In this document: one piece after another, positions 38,160 to 51,798 of the stretch
Numbering within the stretch: position 1 is the stretch's first letter
How the letters are laid out: each line of letters begins with the position of its first letter
Assembly: GCF_004010195.1 (NCBI RefSeq)
Contig: NC_057718.1
Location: 48,729,859 to 48,793,858 of the forward strand
Source: Chiloscyllium plagiosum
Taxonomy: Eukaryota
DNA length: 64,000 nucleotides
Direction of reading: 5' to 3'
Translations under genes and position numbers: made by a program
Notes under the pieces: generated by a model
Database searches by the model: none
Told to the model about the DNA's origin: nothing
What the model saw: the letters and a program-made list of their open reading frames with translations, nothing else

Positions 38160-39049
38160 AGTATATTAGTCCCCTTCCAATTTAAGTGCAATCTGACCTT
38201 CTTGTACAGGTCACTTCTACCCCAAAAGAGATTCCAATGATCCAAAAATGTGAATCCTTCTCCCATACACCAGCTCCTCAGCCATGCATTCATCTGCTCT
38301 ATTCTCCTATTCCTGCTCTCACTAGCTCGTAGCACTGGGAGTAATCCAGTATTACTACACTCGAGGACCTCCTTTTTAAATTTCTGCCTAGCTCTCTGTA
38401 ATCTCCCTTCAGAATCTCAACTGTTTCCCTTCCTATGTCATTGGTTCTAATGTGGACAATGACCTCTTGCTGGGCCCTCTCCCCCATGAGAACATTTTAC
38501 ACCCTCTCTGAGACATTCTTGATCCGGGCACTAGGGAAGCAACACACCATTCTGCTTTTTCGCTGCTGGCCACAGAAACGTCTGTCTGTACCTCGAACTA
38601 GAGAATCCCCTAACACAATTGATCTCTTGGAACCCAACGTACCCCTTGTTGCATTCGAGCCAGCCTCCATACCAGAAACTTGGCTGTTTGTGCTACGTTC
38701 CCCTGAGAATCCATCAGCCCCTACATTTTCCAAAACAGCATACTTGTTTGAAATGGGTGTTTCCACAAAAGACTCCTGCACTGGCTGCCCACCTCTCTTA
38801 CCTTTCCTGGAGTTAACCCATCTATGTGACTGTATCTGAGACTTTCCCTCCTTCCTATAACTGCCATCCATCACATACTGTTGCTGTTGCAAATTCCTCA
38901 TCACTTCCAACTGTCTCTCCACCGATCCATTCGATTTGACAAGATTCGCAGCCAGTAGCATTTATGGCAGATATAATTTGCAGTAACCCTTAAACTCTCT
39001 TTCAACTCCCACATCTGACAAGATGTACATATCACTCTATTAAAGGCCA
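38160..39049 (-). pseudogene. CR1 ORF1: zinc finger/coiled coil plus SGNH-type esterase, frameshifted
   Basis: ICTSCQMWE...YICHKC; IVLGDSLVRG (block I), CFPSARI (II), VHIRTNDIG (III), LHLN (V). Confidence 0.9.
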
Positions 39050-39499
39050 TTTTTGCTCCTTCACAATCTACAGACCCAGAAAATAACATCGTCTTATTCC
39101 TCTATAAAAACTGCACCAGGTTAAATTAATAGTTATGGCTTATATTTTAAGTTTAATCAAGAGATATATCTCCAAAAATATATAATCAAGAAAGAACCTA
39201 CTCTACTCACTACTGCAGATTCTCTGCAGGCCACACTTAAAACAACGATTAACTTATCTGATTCTGTGCTGTGAACTTCACCCAACAGTTCCTCCAAGAT
39301 CAGTTGTGAACTTCACTGTTTGATCATTTTCCCAGACATACTCCGATGCCCAGCCATACACAAATTCAAACATCAAAGGCAGTACTGTTCAGGTTCTTTC
39401 TCTCTCTCTCCTGCAATGACCTCACCATGTGCTTCCTTTGTCTGTTCTTCTGCCTTTTAAAACTGCTGTTGTTGTTTGTTTCTGCTTGCGCTTTATAGA

Positions 39500-40073
39500 A
39501 ATGAAAGCTCAAGTTTGGATGTCTGATTGTTTCCACACATATAATGCCCCCTTTCTGTGCAGCTGCAGGTGGGTGTCAGGGATAGGGTAGTGCTGAAATA
39601 GAGGGCGTTCAGGTGGGATGTAACTATGGATAGGTAAAGTGTATGAACAGGCATGATGATTAAACTGCAGCTGAGATGAGAAATGGGGTTGCATGTATGG
39701 AAGTGTCAGCCATGCTGGCAATGTAATGTGGGTAGTGTGGTTTAATGGCTACGGTACCATTACGCTGCCAGTGAGGGACAATATCAGCTGCCAATGCTTG
39801 TCTGGGTGCACAGCAGCCTTTCGAAGATGGTGTGGGTGAAATGGTTACTGGCCTTTTGAGGGATATCCACTGAGTGGTGAGTTATTCTGGGAATGGACAA
39901 TTGGTAAGGTGATTCCAGAATTGGATGTAATGGACACTATAGAGGCAAGATACAGAGTAAATGAGGTGAGTTTAATCATAAATGGTGAGAAACCTTGCTA
40001 GGCTTCCTGGTGATAAACCCTCAATAACACTTTATGCAATTTGGACTTAGCCAAAACAATATAATTGAACACA
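39500..40073 (-). mobile_element. Left end of the same Harbinger-like family as 25204-27056
   Basis: Reverse complement ttggctaagtccaaattgcat...gagggttt...aaactcacctcat matches 25222-25315. Confidence 0.6.
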
Positions 40074-40902
40074 AGGGAGTTAGAGGCCACTGCTTATTTT
40101 TCCTGGATCAACTAAATGACGTCCTATGCTACCACCCCCTAAAAAAAATCATCAGGCAGTGACTAACTTCCCGAAGCGGTCACCATTTTCTGAAGTTAAA
40201 CAATGATTTGTGCTTACTGTCTGCCCTGTACCTTTTAGTAGAATTGACCAGTTGGTCCAGAGCTCTGGACTGGGTTGTCTCCTTTCCCATGCCTTCATTG
40301 TTGCTTCAAGGAGACCAGCTTGAATGTGATCACATTTTGGTAAACCATACTCTAAGTATTATTGACTATTGGAGATCCAGCAGTCTTCAGGATTCAGTAT
40401 TGCGTTCAATAATTTTAATAATAGTAAGTAGTTTAGAAAGAGTACCTTAATATGAAGTTATTGTGAAGAAACAATAAGATTCAGCAAGAAGCACCAAACA
40501 ATAACTTTATGTCTTATAACATGGATTCTTTATTCTCCTTCTCGACTCCATCTTCCCAGCCAAAAGTGGGCAGAATGCAAAAATGCCATTTTTATATACT
40601 ACATCCCTTCCCTTCTTAGTAAATGAGAGATATAGCTTGGATGAATGGTTTATTTCCAAAGGTATAACAATAAACATAAGCATAATTCGAATCTTAGAAG
40701 CAGCATTATTATAAATTTGAACTTTTGTACCAATTTAAAAGTGCATTCAGTCAGATACAATGTGATTAAAGATTTGTTCGCTGACTGAAAATATTTTACC
40801 TCAGAACACAATCACTTTAATACGGTGAAAATGTTCTCTTATGAGTAAAATATTGCCTGAATTTAACACATTTAATTCATGTTCTTGATCTGAGGTGTTG
40901 AC

Positions 40903-41228
40903 ATAGAGTCATGGAGTCATAGAGACATACAACATGGAAACAGACCCTTCGGTCCAACCCGTCCATGCCATCCAGATATCCCAACCCAATCTAGTCCCAC
41001 CTGCCAGCACCCGGCCCATATCCCTCCAAACCCTTCCTATTCATATATCCATCCAAATGCCTCTTAAATGTTGCAATTGTACCAGCCTCCACCACATCCT
41101 CTGGCAGCTCATTCCATACACGTATCACCCTCTGTGTGAAAAAGTTGCCCCTTAGGTCTCTTTTATATCTTTCCCCTCTGACCCTAAACCTATGCCCTCT
41201 AGTTCTGGACTCCCCAACCACAGGGAAA
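40903..41228 (-). mobile_element. CR1 3' end (~320 bp), young
   Basis: Near-identical to 35222-35548. Confidence 0.97.
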
Positions 41229-41510
41229 TCTAAATCAGATTCAATATTCAGGATGGTTCATTCAGTGTTTGAAGAATAATGTGTTTTGTATAATTTACAT
41301 AATGAACCTCAATTGGGAGATTGTCCTTCTCACACAAATAGTTGGATGTCGTAGTGAGTTGTTTACCTTCTAACAAGACTATGATACTTCATAAACATTT
41401 TATCTCCTGGTTTTAGCAATATTATTCTAAATTTCATTTTCTGCTTTTTACAGCCTATTTGTATGATGTAATCCACTCCCTTTTGTTTGGCCTCTTTTAG
41501 CAGATTGTGT

Positions 41511-41815
41511 TGGGGCACAGTGACTCAGCGGTTAGCACTGCTGCCACACAACACCAAGGACATGGGTTTGAGTCCAGTCTTGGGTAACTGCCAGTGTAGA
41601 ATTTGCACATTCTCCCTGGGTGCTCTGGTTTCCTGCCACAGTTCAAAGATGTGCAAATTAGGTGGATTGACCATGCTAAATTGCCCTGTAATGTCCAGGG
41701 ATGTGCAGACTAGATGGATTAGCCATGGGAAATGTGGAGTTACAGGGATAGAGTAGGAGGCTGGTGGAAGGGTTGGTGTGGACCCAGGGACCTCCCTATA
41801 GGGATTTTATGATGA
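41511..41815 (+). mobile_element. HE1-type V-SINE, older
   Basis: tRNA head and decayed V-domain; tail gggattttatga. Confidence 0.85.
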
Positions 41816-41829
41816 TTGTAGCAGGGCCA

Positions 41830-43700
41830 GGAATGAACAGACTGTAATCTGTGCTGAGTCCTAGCAGGACTTACATTTGTAGGCATGTCTCAAGTTCTCT
41901 TCCTGTGCAACCATGGGTGTGACTGTCAATATTGATGTTCAGTGTATCCTCACAGTGCAGACTGAATCTATATTTTAGCTACTGAATTTACTACAAAGTT
42001 GAGCTACATGTATCAAAACATCCAATGTGAGTAGAGAAGACTGTAAGACTCGATTCTTGTACTGCAAAATCGATTTGATGATGTCCTGCATTGAGGTCAG
42101 ATTTAACAAAGTGATTTTGCTTCCCCTGTGATATCACCAAATATCAGTGTTAATTGTCTTTCTTGTTGTATGATTTGATTTGGTGACTGTGCATCATCAC
42201 TGTAACCTGGTTCTTGCTCTTGGATTTCTTGATGCCTTGTATTGAGTGAGACCCAAAGGGTAAGCTTATTCCCAGATTTCGCAGTAATGTCAAGACCAAG
42301 TAAGTGCTGAGTTCGCTATTCGCTTCCTGACATGGAATGAGATTTGTCACTGTTGGTGCATAAGTGGGGCATATTTGAATCAGTTTACATGTAGCACCTT
42401 TGTTTGCCAATACCAGTGAAGTGAACAGCATACAATTCAAGATTGTTTTTGGTATGCATAGGGATTTTGTATGTGACTGCAATGATGTGCAGATCTGTTA
42501 TTGATTGTCAACTGATACATGTGCCATATTCTCCAGAGGTTGCATGGAAACAGTATTCATACAAGAATCTTTAGAAGGAGACTGGCATTTTAAAAGTTCT
42601 GGCAACTTTCAGTGGCTTATCATTGTAGTAAAGAACAATTCTGTCTTGCAGAGAATGAGTCAATCCTGAAAGCTGTTGAACATTTTGTCTCCCATTGGCA
42701 AATGCTTCAATATCTATCACAGCATCTATGTGGTTGGTTGCTGTGTCTGCAAGGTAGCACCAAATTATATTCTGGGTCATTTATATCTATAATGGGATTA
42801 TTTTCTCAATCTTTTGCTCTGGTACCTGTTGATGGCACACTTCTGTGATGTTGGGCTTAATAGTTGATTTTGCTGATGAGCAATAAATACGTGCAACGTG
42901 TTTTAGTTTTCCAAAGGTTTTGACTGTTTGCCATTGATATGACACTCTGTCCTCTGTGAATAAACATTGCTGTAGTGGACATATTGAATTAGTTGAATTC
43001 TGTTGTGAGATTGATTGTTGATTTGCAGTTGGTTTTCTAGCTTGTAAGTGATGAACAGTGTTTACAGCATCTAATTGGACTACATTAGTTACTGTTGGCA
43101 GCTTCCACTTCAGTTGCGTTGAGACTTTGAAAGTTTTTTTCTTTACTCGTGGGCACATCAGCATTGCTGGCCAGCCAGCATTCATTACCTGTACCTGTTT
43201 GCCCCTCAGAACGTAAGGACTGGCAATGATCTTGCTATCTCCAACAGTTCTGACAGGCTTCTGTCTTTCTCAAGTGCTTATCAGCCTTATTGATGCAAGA
43301 GACAATGTTTGATTATTTCTGTTTTGATTTCCCATTCAATATCACTAAAGTCACTGTTGGTTGCCAATTGCCTTAATCACATGCAGTATTGGTCAATCTT
43401 TTTGTTTGCTTCTTAATGCATTTAATGTCAATTCTTTCATTTATTGTATTTTTCTGAAATTGTTAGTACATTTTTTATTGAGTTATATTCATTTTATCTT
43501 ACCTAAGTATATGTGTCTCTAAAATATCTTCCAATTCCTCACTTTTGCAGTAAAGGCCATTTTTCTTTTGTCATCTGTGATTGTACCATCACAACATTGC
43601 AGGCACGTTTGTGAATTTGAGAATGCAGATAATGGCTCCAAAGACATATTTAAATGATGGTGGATTGAGCATTGACTAACAATACAGTGACAAGATGCGA
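41830..43700 (-). mobile_element. Fossil Ty3/Gypsy LTR retrotransposon internal region (gag-protease-RT)
   Basis: In transcription order: GTITDDKRKMA (gag N-terminus), decayed knuckle QTVKTFGKLKHVARIYCSS (CxxCGKxxHFARxC), protease ADTATNHID...KPLKVARTF, RT VKSDLNAGHHQIDF...VFSTHIGCF. A short SINE/LINE tail is inserted at ~43135-43215. No LTRs seen. Confidence 0.8.
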
Positions 43701-45737
43701 TCAAGGATCTTGAATCCTATTCCTTCCAAAAACAGAAACACCTCTGTAAAGATCCAAGATTTTTAAAAAACATCCTCACTACTTTTGCATGATCAACATG
43801 TGTATACAGGGTATGTACATGTGTATATACTGAGGAAACCTTTCTCTTATCATCCCCAGGTAAAGTGCCTAACTGTAGCTTCACTGTGTTCCCTACAGTT
43901 CCAATTTGAAATGCTATCTGAAGGAAATAGACAAAGACCTTCTAAAAGTTGCTTACTTGAAAACAATGTTTCTGATTTTTCACAGTTTCCATCACCATTG
44001 AACAATTCTTGGGAAGAAACTATAGGATTCAGCAAGAAGCATTCAGAATCAAAATTATACGTTCTTGTATTCCCTTTCGAGATTCCCTCTGCTATTACGT
44101 GTTTTGTGAAAATAATTGTAACCAAGGTCAATCAACTTTTGGCTTCTATTATCTGATGTTAATAATGAAACCCTTCATAGACTAACATTGTTTTTAAAGA
44201 AAGGCTAAGTACTAACATGAAATAGCAGCTGTGATTTCCTGATTACAGATGAAGACACCAGTGTGGAATAAATGAAACCGTCTGCACAAAATTACAAATT
44301 TATCTAAAAACATTGAAACTAGCTAACAGTGTCAAGAAATCCACATTTCCTGTTTCAGTTCAAATTTGTTTAGTAACTTGCACATATTGGACAAGAAAGG
44401 TTTCCTCCAATTTTTCAACTAAGAATGACGATGGAGCCAGACTTGGGAAAAGACAAATTGACCATGTTTCAGTAGCTGGCTCTGAGCAGTGGAACAGAGA
44501 GAAGGAAAAATGAATCTTGTAACAACAGCTGGAAGTCCTTCTCTCATTCTGTTTCTCTCAGCCTGTAGAAGGTCACACTCAGCAAAAATGCAAATTGGGG
44601 CAAACAACCATTCTCTGTGAACTTAAACATATCTACAACCTCTGCCAGTACTGAAGATATGAATTATCAATTAAGCAACTATGGTCTCAGGTTAAAAGTT
44701 GAACACATCAAGGATTCATTTCAAATGCTGTGGCTTTTATTTTTCCCATTTGTATCAGACACTCCTCTTTTTTTAAAAAAAAAGCAATTTTTTCTATAAA
44801 TAATGTTATGCTTTATTACTTTTCATGAGTCTTGGCATTCATAAGAAATCCTCTTCCTTTCACTCAAGTAGACCTCCCATTTTGTTCCTTTGTTTGACCA
44901 GCATTATGTTTAAATTGAAGTGTACTAAAAGGTCTACTAAAAGAATAAATGTACTTGTTGCAACCAACTGAGAGGGAATTAAAAATGGGAGCTGAATTAC
45001 CTCTTCTCACCTAGTTGTAACAATCTACAATATTCTCAAGTGGAGGAATGGCACAATGCAATTTTCAAAACATTGCACTGAAACAGTCAATGGGAGGTAG
45101 AGAGGTCAAAGAGTTGAGGAAGGAAACAACAGAACGAGGGGACTGAATGACTGAATCAGGTGCTACTTAAGGAAACATCAGAGTGTTTACATTTAATTCC
45201 TTCCTAGGGACTGTAGTTGATAGTACTGGATAAGAAAAATTAAAGGCTATTGCATGAAACAAAAAATTAACCCAATATTCAATCATACTTTAAACTATTT
45301 ACATTGAGCATCAACATGTTTTAGCTATCTTTCAAATTTTTAACCTTCTGTTGACTTTTTGTGAGGTCAATTGATATACACAGAAATAAGAGATACATGT
45401 AAATTTTGGACAGGACATAATGGGAAGCTTTGTCAAGACTTAGTGAAAATAATTGAATGCCGGAGGTGTATTCATACAAAGGCCTTTTCTAATCTAATAA
45501 ATAACGTATTTGTATCCAAAAACACATTACCCTTGTGATTTTTAATTAGGGTCAGAATATAGTAGGTCATCGGTTATTTGAAAACAGATTGAAATGTTCT
45601 TATGATCTTGGGGTTTTGTGTATAAAAATGGTTGGTGTTAACAGGTCCCTGACGTCATTTAATGCCATTCCTGTTAAACCTCTGAGTACGTCAATTGGGT
45701 ATTTGTTGCTGAGTAGGGTCTTATAAAAGCTACATCA

Positions 45738-46090
45738 CGGGGTGGCATAGTGGCTTAATGGTTAGCATTGCTGTCTCACAGCGCCAGGAACGTGGGTTTA
45801 ATTCCACCCTCGGGCGACTGTCTGTGTGGATTTTGTATATTCTCCCTGTGTCTGTGTGGGTTCCTCTGGCTGCTCTGGTTTCCTCCCACAGTCCAAACAT
45901 GTGCAGGTTAGGTGGATTAGCCATGCTAAATTGCCCATAGTGTTCAGGGATGTGTATGCTAGATGGATTAGGCATGGGAAATGTATACTCACAGGGATGG
46001 TGTGAATCTGATTGGAATGCTCTTCGGAGGGCCAGTGTGGACTTGATGGGCTAAATAGCCTGCTTCACACTGTAAGAATTCTATAATTCT
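45738..46090 (+). mobile_element. HE1-type V-SINE, full length, intermediate age
   Basis: Head ggggtggcatagtggcttaatggttagc, V-domain, tail cacactgtaagaattcta. Confidence 0.92.
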
Positions 46091-47829
46091 ACATCAGACT
46101 TTTGGGTATCTTTTAGATAATTAAAATGTTTCATTCCTCATTTTGAATCATGCTGACTGGAATATTTCTTAATGTTGGTCAGGAAGCCTTACTCTGGACA
46201 TGAGATTAAAGTCTGGATTCTTCTCTGTGCCCTTGTAATAGGGAATGAGGGAAAATTGGGCTAATGTAATCCATTTCTGCCTCTTTGCCTGAACTGGCTT
46301 TCTTGCCCTTTGTCTTGCTGGGACTCCTGTTGGGGCACACTATTTCCATTCACCTCAATGGGGAGTGAATTTCCCTCCGATTCATCCCATCTACCCTTGC
46401 TTCCTATGCCAGTTTTGTTAAAAGATACAGTGGCAAAGACCTCAGGGTTCCCAAACAAGTCAAAAGGATGAAGATGTGTCTTCACTCCAAATTGGGACTA
46501 ACAGTGTCTCCAAATAAAATGTTAGGAGTCTTCCTTCCGTACATCAAGGCTCTTTTGGAACTTTAAGATACTTTAATGTATCTTCTGCTTTTGAAATGAT
46601 TTCAAAACTATAGCATCATCAGGGTACTGCCCTTTGTACTGGTGAGCAGCAGTAATAATGAGATCCCAATGAGCTCTGGAAATCACACTTATTCAAGAAA
46701 ATGAATTGTAACTCCAGCCTTGCTAGAACACCAACTCAAAGTGGAGAAATCTAATCTTTCTTTCTGATGAAGGAGAAGGTTTCTATTGCCATATTAGAGG
46801 GATGGCACTGATACTAATATTGCTGTTTGCAGTAAGCTATTGGAAATATGTGGTGAAATACTCTTGATGTCAACTTGATCTCCAGGTAGAAGGATTAGCC
46901 CTTGTATTAACAATGAATAGTGGATGCCTGCTGTTTATTTTCTGTGTGGTCCAAAAATAGCATAAACATATTTGTTTTATGACCATTCTTGCTATTACAT
47001 TTATATCTAAGCAGGAATTCATTATCAGAAATATTTCTCAGAATTTTCTAATCAATTCCTATTTCAATCTATTTTACACAAAAGAATATACATGTAAGAT
47101 TGTACCAATGGCAGAATTGTAAGGATGGGTTAGTAAAATGAGACCTGAGTTTTCCTGCCAGTGTTGAGAGACAGGAGGCTGTGTCACCTTTTGGATCCAA
47201 AACCCTTCTCCTGTAGGAAATGCATCAAAATTTGTATTTTCATGCTGTAAGCTCCTAATTGATACAGATGTGTGTTTCCTGTTCAATTAGACCTGATGTG
47301 GTCAGAAAAAGAGGTGGATTAGGTTAAGCAAGAGAATGATTTATTATCACCTCAGTAACTATCACAGAGACTGCTGGGAGTTCTATGTGAGAAATCTGTT
47401 GATTATATCAAAGCCTTCCCCAGCACAAGAGAGATGTGAGATGTCAGATGAAAGAAACAGGCCTGATATCAGGGCAGGTCCATTCTTCACTTCATTAATG
47501 CCAACCTGGAACTCATGCTGAAGGTTATGATGGAGAGGGAGAATGCCCTTTTACCAGAGGGGGACCATTGTCAAACAACAGGAGCACCTCATGTTCAACA
47601 ACATCTCCAACCACCTCCAATCACTCCTCCTCTCTCACGTCCTGCTCCAGTTTATCATTGAGGAGCAGTCTCCTTCCAGAGCTTCACTGTCTTCAAATTT
47701 ACTGCAACCAGAGCCTGATGAAATCAATTAGAACTGGACAGAGCATTGGAAAAAGTCTTATCTCTTGCCAAACCCTTAGGCATGTAAGGCCTTGAACAAG
47801 CTTTGCAATCGATTAATTGATGCAGCCAC

Positions 47830-48450
47830 TTTAGCAGGTAAAAGACTGCTTCTGAATTCACTTATGTGACTGACAATGATTAGGTTAGTGTACTATTATA
47901 TGCAATCAGCAACAGTGATCAGCTATTCTGATTAATTTGGGGCTGGTTAGCTAAGGTGGCTGAACAGCTGGTTTGTCATTGGAAAACAATGCCAACAGTG
48001 TGGGTTCAATTGCCACATCAGCTGAGGTTATCATAAAGGACTTTCCTCAATTTCTCCCCTCATTTAAGGCTTGATAGCCTTCAGATCAAACCACTACCAG
48101 TTGTCTCTCACTAATGAGAGTAGCCCTGTGATCCAGCAGGTCGATGGCGACTCTATTCATTTTAATTGGGGATTGAAGAAGGAAACCGTTAAATATGAAG
48201 ACATCATCAAGCTCTTTGATTCCTATTTAAGTTTATGGTCCAATTCTATAATAGATCAGAGGGTAATAGATTCAATTAACACTGGGGAGACTATTGATTC
48301 CTTTATAAATGACCTGTACTGCTTCACTGATAAACGCCAACGTGGAACATAAGGGAATGAGCTTATTGGAATTTTAGCAATCCAAAAATGGCCATGTTTT
48401 GGCAATATCAGAGCAGATTGTTAGACAAGTAGAACTTCACAAGACATGAT
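47830..48450 (+). mobile_element. Gypsy gag fragment, interrupted by a SINE
   Basis: VSVLLYAI before the SINE; KYEDIIKLFDSYL...GETIDSFINDLYCFTDKRQRGT*GNELI after it (cf. GESVDxFIxDLYxLAExCxYGxLxxELIRD). Confidence 0.7.
47938..48165 (+). mobile_element. tRNA-derived SINE (third family)
   Basis: A-box-like ttagctaaggtgg and B-box-like gggttcaattgcc; the gag frame continues on both sides. Confidence 0.65.
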
Positions 48451-48675
48451 TTATATCTGAGGGGACTCAATGTTGCCTGGGCCCAGGCCATCACTACTGA
48501 CTCAGTTCAATTCATCAATCTTAGTGCTTTCAAAGCACCAAAAAAATCACTAAATATAGAGAGCCCATTTTAAGTTGAAGTAACTGGAGAAGTCTCTGAT
48601 TTGCAGGATAATAATTGAAATCAGATCACTTCAAATTGTAACCACTCAAGATATGTAATAACAAAATACAATCTT

Positions 48676-48950
48676 CATAGAATCATTGAATCATAGAATC
48701 CTGACAGTTCAGAAAGAGGCCATACAGCCCACTGAGTCTGATCCAACCTTCCAAAAGCATCCCACCCAGTCCCTTACCCTATCACCGTAACCCTGATGGC
48801 TAGCCTGCATGTTCCTGGACTACAGACAATTTAGCATGGCCAATCTATCCAAGTTGCACATCTTTGGATTGTGGGAGTAAACCAGAGCACCGTAGACATG
48901 GGAAGAACTTACATACTCCACACAGACAGTTACCCAAGGGTGGAATTGAG
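48676..48950 (-). mobile_element. HE1-type SINE, older, (ATTCTATG)n tail
   Basis: catagaatcattgaatcatagaatc tail; reverse complement of the V-domain. Confidence 0.88.
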
Positions 48951-50072
48951 CTTCTCAGAGAAGTGGGACCCACAAGATGACTTTTGGTCTTTATAAAATA
49001 TGGTTAACAGCAAGAGAATTAACTTTAATTTGTGTACAGAAGCTGGCATCTCAGTAGACATACTGAAATTGAAACCTGAATTTCTCCAAATTGTCTTTCA
49101 TTGAACATAAGCTATTTCAATAGGAGTGTTTAGGCAGGTGCATGCAAGCCATTGTAATTGTCACTGCCCAGGCACCCACCAATTGTGTGAAGCTGGACCC
49201 ACTCAGGCAAAGTGTATTTCAATTGGGAAGTACCAGCACATATATCCCTCAAAACAAACTGAGAATACTCTTGCAGATTGACGGCTTTGCAAGAGTCTTG
49301 TGGGAGGAGTGGGGAGTTGGGTAAAAATACAAATAGCTCATGATGTAAAGCTTCTTTGGAAACTATGAACCTGGAGGGAGCAGTAGTATATAGGCTTAAG
49401 AGCTATATGCTAATAGCTAGACCTCAGCATCAGTGATATCAGCTCATATGAACCTGGTTCTGGAGCAAAGAAGGTCTTCCCACCATATCCCTGGACCAAG
49501 TAGAAACAGTTCGTAAATACTAATCAGCTTGCAATATTATGGTTTGCAATCCTTGTCTGTCTAAAGCATCCAGAACTTACTTGTAAATTTAATACAGGGA
49601 AAACTAGCTGAAGCCAACATTTGGGAGATAAATTAGCCAACCGAAGAGTGTTTGTTGGACAGAAGTAATGATGATTAGGGCTGAGGAGACCAACGATTTC
49701 TTTGCAAAGCCGGGGAAAATCACTGATATTACTCATGACTCACCTCTTCCCCTCCTTTCACTGTTGTGTTTTCAGCTCATAAAACTGAAAAGGCTGTTGG
49801 CAGAAAAATTAAAGGAGGGCAGAGTGTTGAATCAGACGTTGGCTCACTCCCAGCATCTGAGGTGCAGTGAGGTCAATTTCAGCAGATAATTCAGCCCAAT
49901 GTTTCAGGACTTTGATTCTTCAATAGAACAGTGGAGTAGGAGTAACTCAATCCTGCAGAGAGCTGGCATTGACACAACAGGCTCCCTTCTTTGTATCAAT
50001 TTGTATTTCCACGATTCAATTTTGCAAAGACAAAGTGCTTCTAAAGACTGATTTAATTGCATGTAAGACTTA

Positions 50073-51786
50073 TCACAGAATTCCTACAGTGCGGAAGCAG
50101 GCCATTTGGCTCATCAAGTCTGCACCGATCCTCCAAAGAGCATCCCACCCAGACCGACATCCCTACCTGATCCCTGCATTTCCTATGGCCAATCCACCTA
50201 ATCTGTACATAGAGTCACTGAGTCATAGAGCTATACAGCATGGAAACAGACCCTTCAGTCCAACTTGTCTATGCCGACTAGGCATCATAAATTAATCTAG
50301 TCCCATTTACTGGCATTTGGTCAATATCCCACAAAAGTCTTCCTATTCATGTGCCCATCCAGATGCCATTTAAATGTTGTTATTGTACCAGCCTCCACCA
50401 CTTCCTGTGGAAGCTTATTCCAAACACGTATCACCCTCTGCATGAAAAATTTCCCCTAGGTCCTTTTTACATTTTTCCCCTCTCACCTTAAATTTCTGCT
50501 ATCTTGTTTTGGACTCCCCTACTCTGAGAAAAAGAGCTTGGATATTCACCCTATCTATGCCCCTCATAATTTTATAAACCTCTATAAGACCACCCCTCAG
50601 CCTTTGATGCCCAAGGGAAAATAGCCCCAGCCTATTCAGCTTCTCCCATCAGCTCAAAACCTCCAAACCTGATAATTTCCTTGTACATCCTTTCAGAACC
50701 CTTTCAAGTTTCACAACATCCTTCCTATAACAGGGAGACCAGAACTGAACACAGTATTCCAAAAGTGGCCTAACCAATGATCTGTACAGCCTCAACATGA
50801 CTTTCCACCTCCTATACTCAATGCACTGACCAATAAAGGCAAGCATACCAAATGCCCTCTTCATTATCCCATCTACCTGTAACTCTACTTTCATGGAACT
50901 ATGAACTTGCAGTCCAAAATCTCTTTTTTCAGCAATACTCCCCAGGACCTTACCATTAAGTATATAAGTCCTGCCCTGATTTGCCTTTCCAAAAAATATT
51001 ACCTCACATTTATCTAAATTAAAGTTCATCTGCCACTCCTTGGCCCATTAGCCTATCTGATGAAGGCTCCATTGTACTCTGAGTTAACCTTTTTTCACTG
51101 TCCACTATACCTTCAATTTTAGTTTCATCTGCAAAATTACTAACGATACATCCAATTATTTATATAAATGACAAAAAGCAGTGGACCCAGCACCGATCCT
51201 TGTGACACACTACTGGTCATAGGCCTCCAGTCTGAAAAGCAACCCTCCACCACCACTCTTTGTCTCCTCCCTTTGAGCCAGTTTTATCTCCAATTGGCTA
51301 GCTCTCCTTGCATTCCATGTGACCTAATCTTGTTAACCAGTCTACCACGAGGAACCTTATCGAATGTCTTACTGACGTCCATATAGATGACATCCACTGC
51401 TCAGCTGTCATCAATCCTCTTTGTTATTTCTTCAAAAAGAAAACTCAATCAAGTTAGTGAGACACGATTTCCTATGCATTAAGCCATGTTGGCTATTCCC
51501 AATGACTTTCCAAATACGTGTAAATCTCAGGATCCTCTCCAATAACTTGCCCACCACTGATGTTAGGCTCACCGAACTATAGTTCCCTTACTTTTCCCAA
51601 ACACCTTTCTTAAATAATGGCATATCTTTGGACTGTGGGAAGAACCAAAGCACCCAGAGAAAACTCAAATACAGATACTGGGAGAAAGCACAAGCACCAC
51701 ACAGTAAGTCACCCAAGGCTGGAATTGAACCTGGGTCCCTGGTGCTATAGGGCAGCAGTGCTGACCACTGAGCAACCATGCCACCC
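50073..51786 (-). mobile_element. HE1-type SINE split by a CR1 insertion (pieces 50073-50208 and ~51620-51786)
   Basis: The halves join at the consensus cctaacctgcacat|ctttggactgtggg. Confidence 0.88.
50209..51620 (-). mobile_element. CR1 3' ~1.4 kb nested in the HE1 SINE
   Basis: ORF 50649-51029 FNLDKCEVIFFGKANQGRTY...LEYCVQFWSP; (TGACTCTA)n tail. Confidence 0.95.
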
Positions 51787-51798
51787 TTCAACTTTACC

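Larger units (their letters stand above)
35222..39490 (-). mobile_element. Near full-length young CR1 (HER1-like) LINE with 5' UTR, ORF1, ORF2 and (TGACTCTA)n tail; two assembly gaps and a SINE insertion
   Basis: Continuous homology from ORF1 (38078-39049) through endonuclease (LYYRPPN, VGDFNFPNIDW, SDHN) and RT ([22 protein letters not shown]) to the tail. Confidence 0.97.

Noticed and set aside
43785..44160. Overlapping open frames on both strands and a possible 63-nt minus-strand exon (FLPKNCSMVMETVKNQKHCFQ)
   Set aside because: No recognisable protein; cannot be distinguished from chance in AT-rich DNA.
46480..46615. Possible Gypsy RT remnant (HQGSFGTLRYFNVSSAFEMI)
   Set aside because: Too short and divergent to support.
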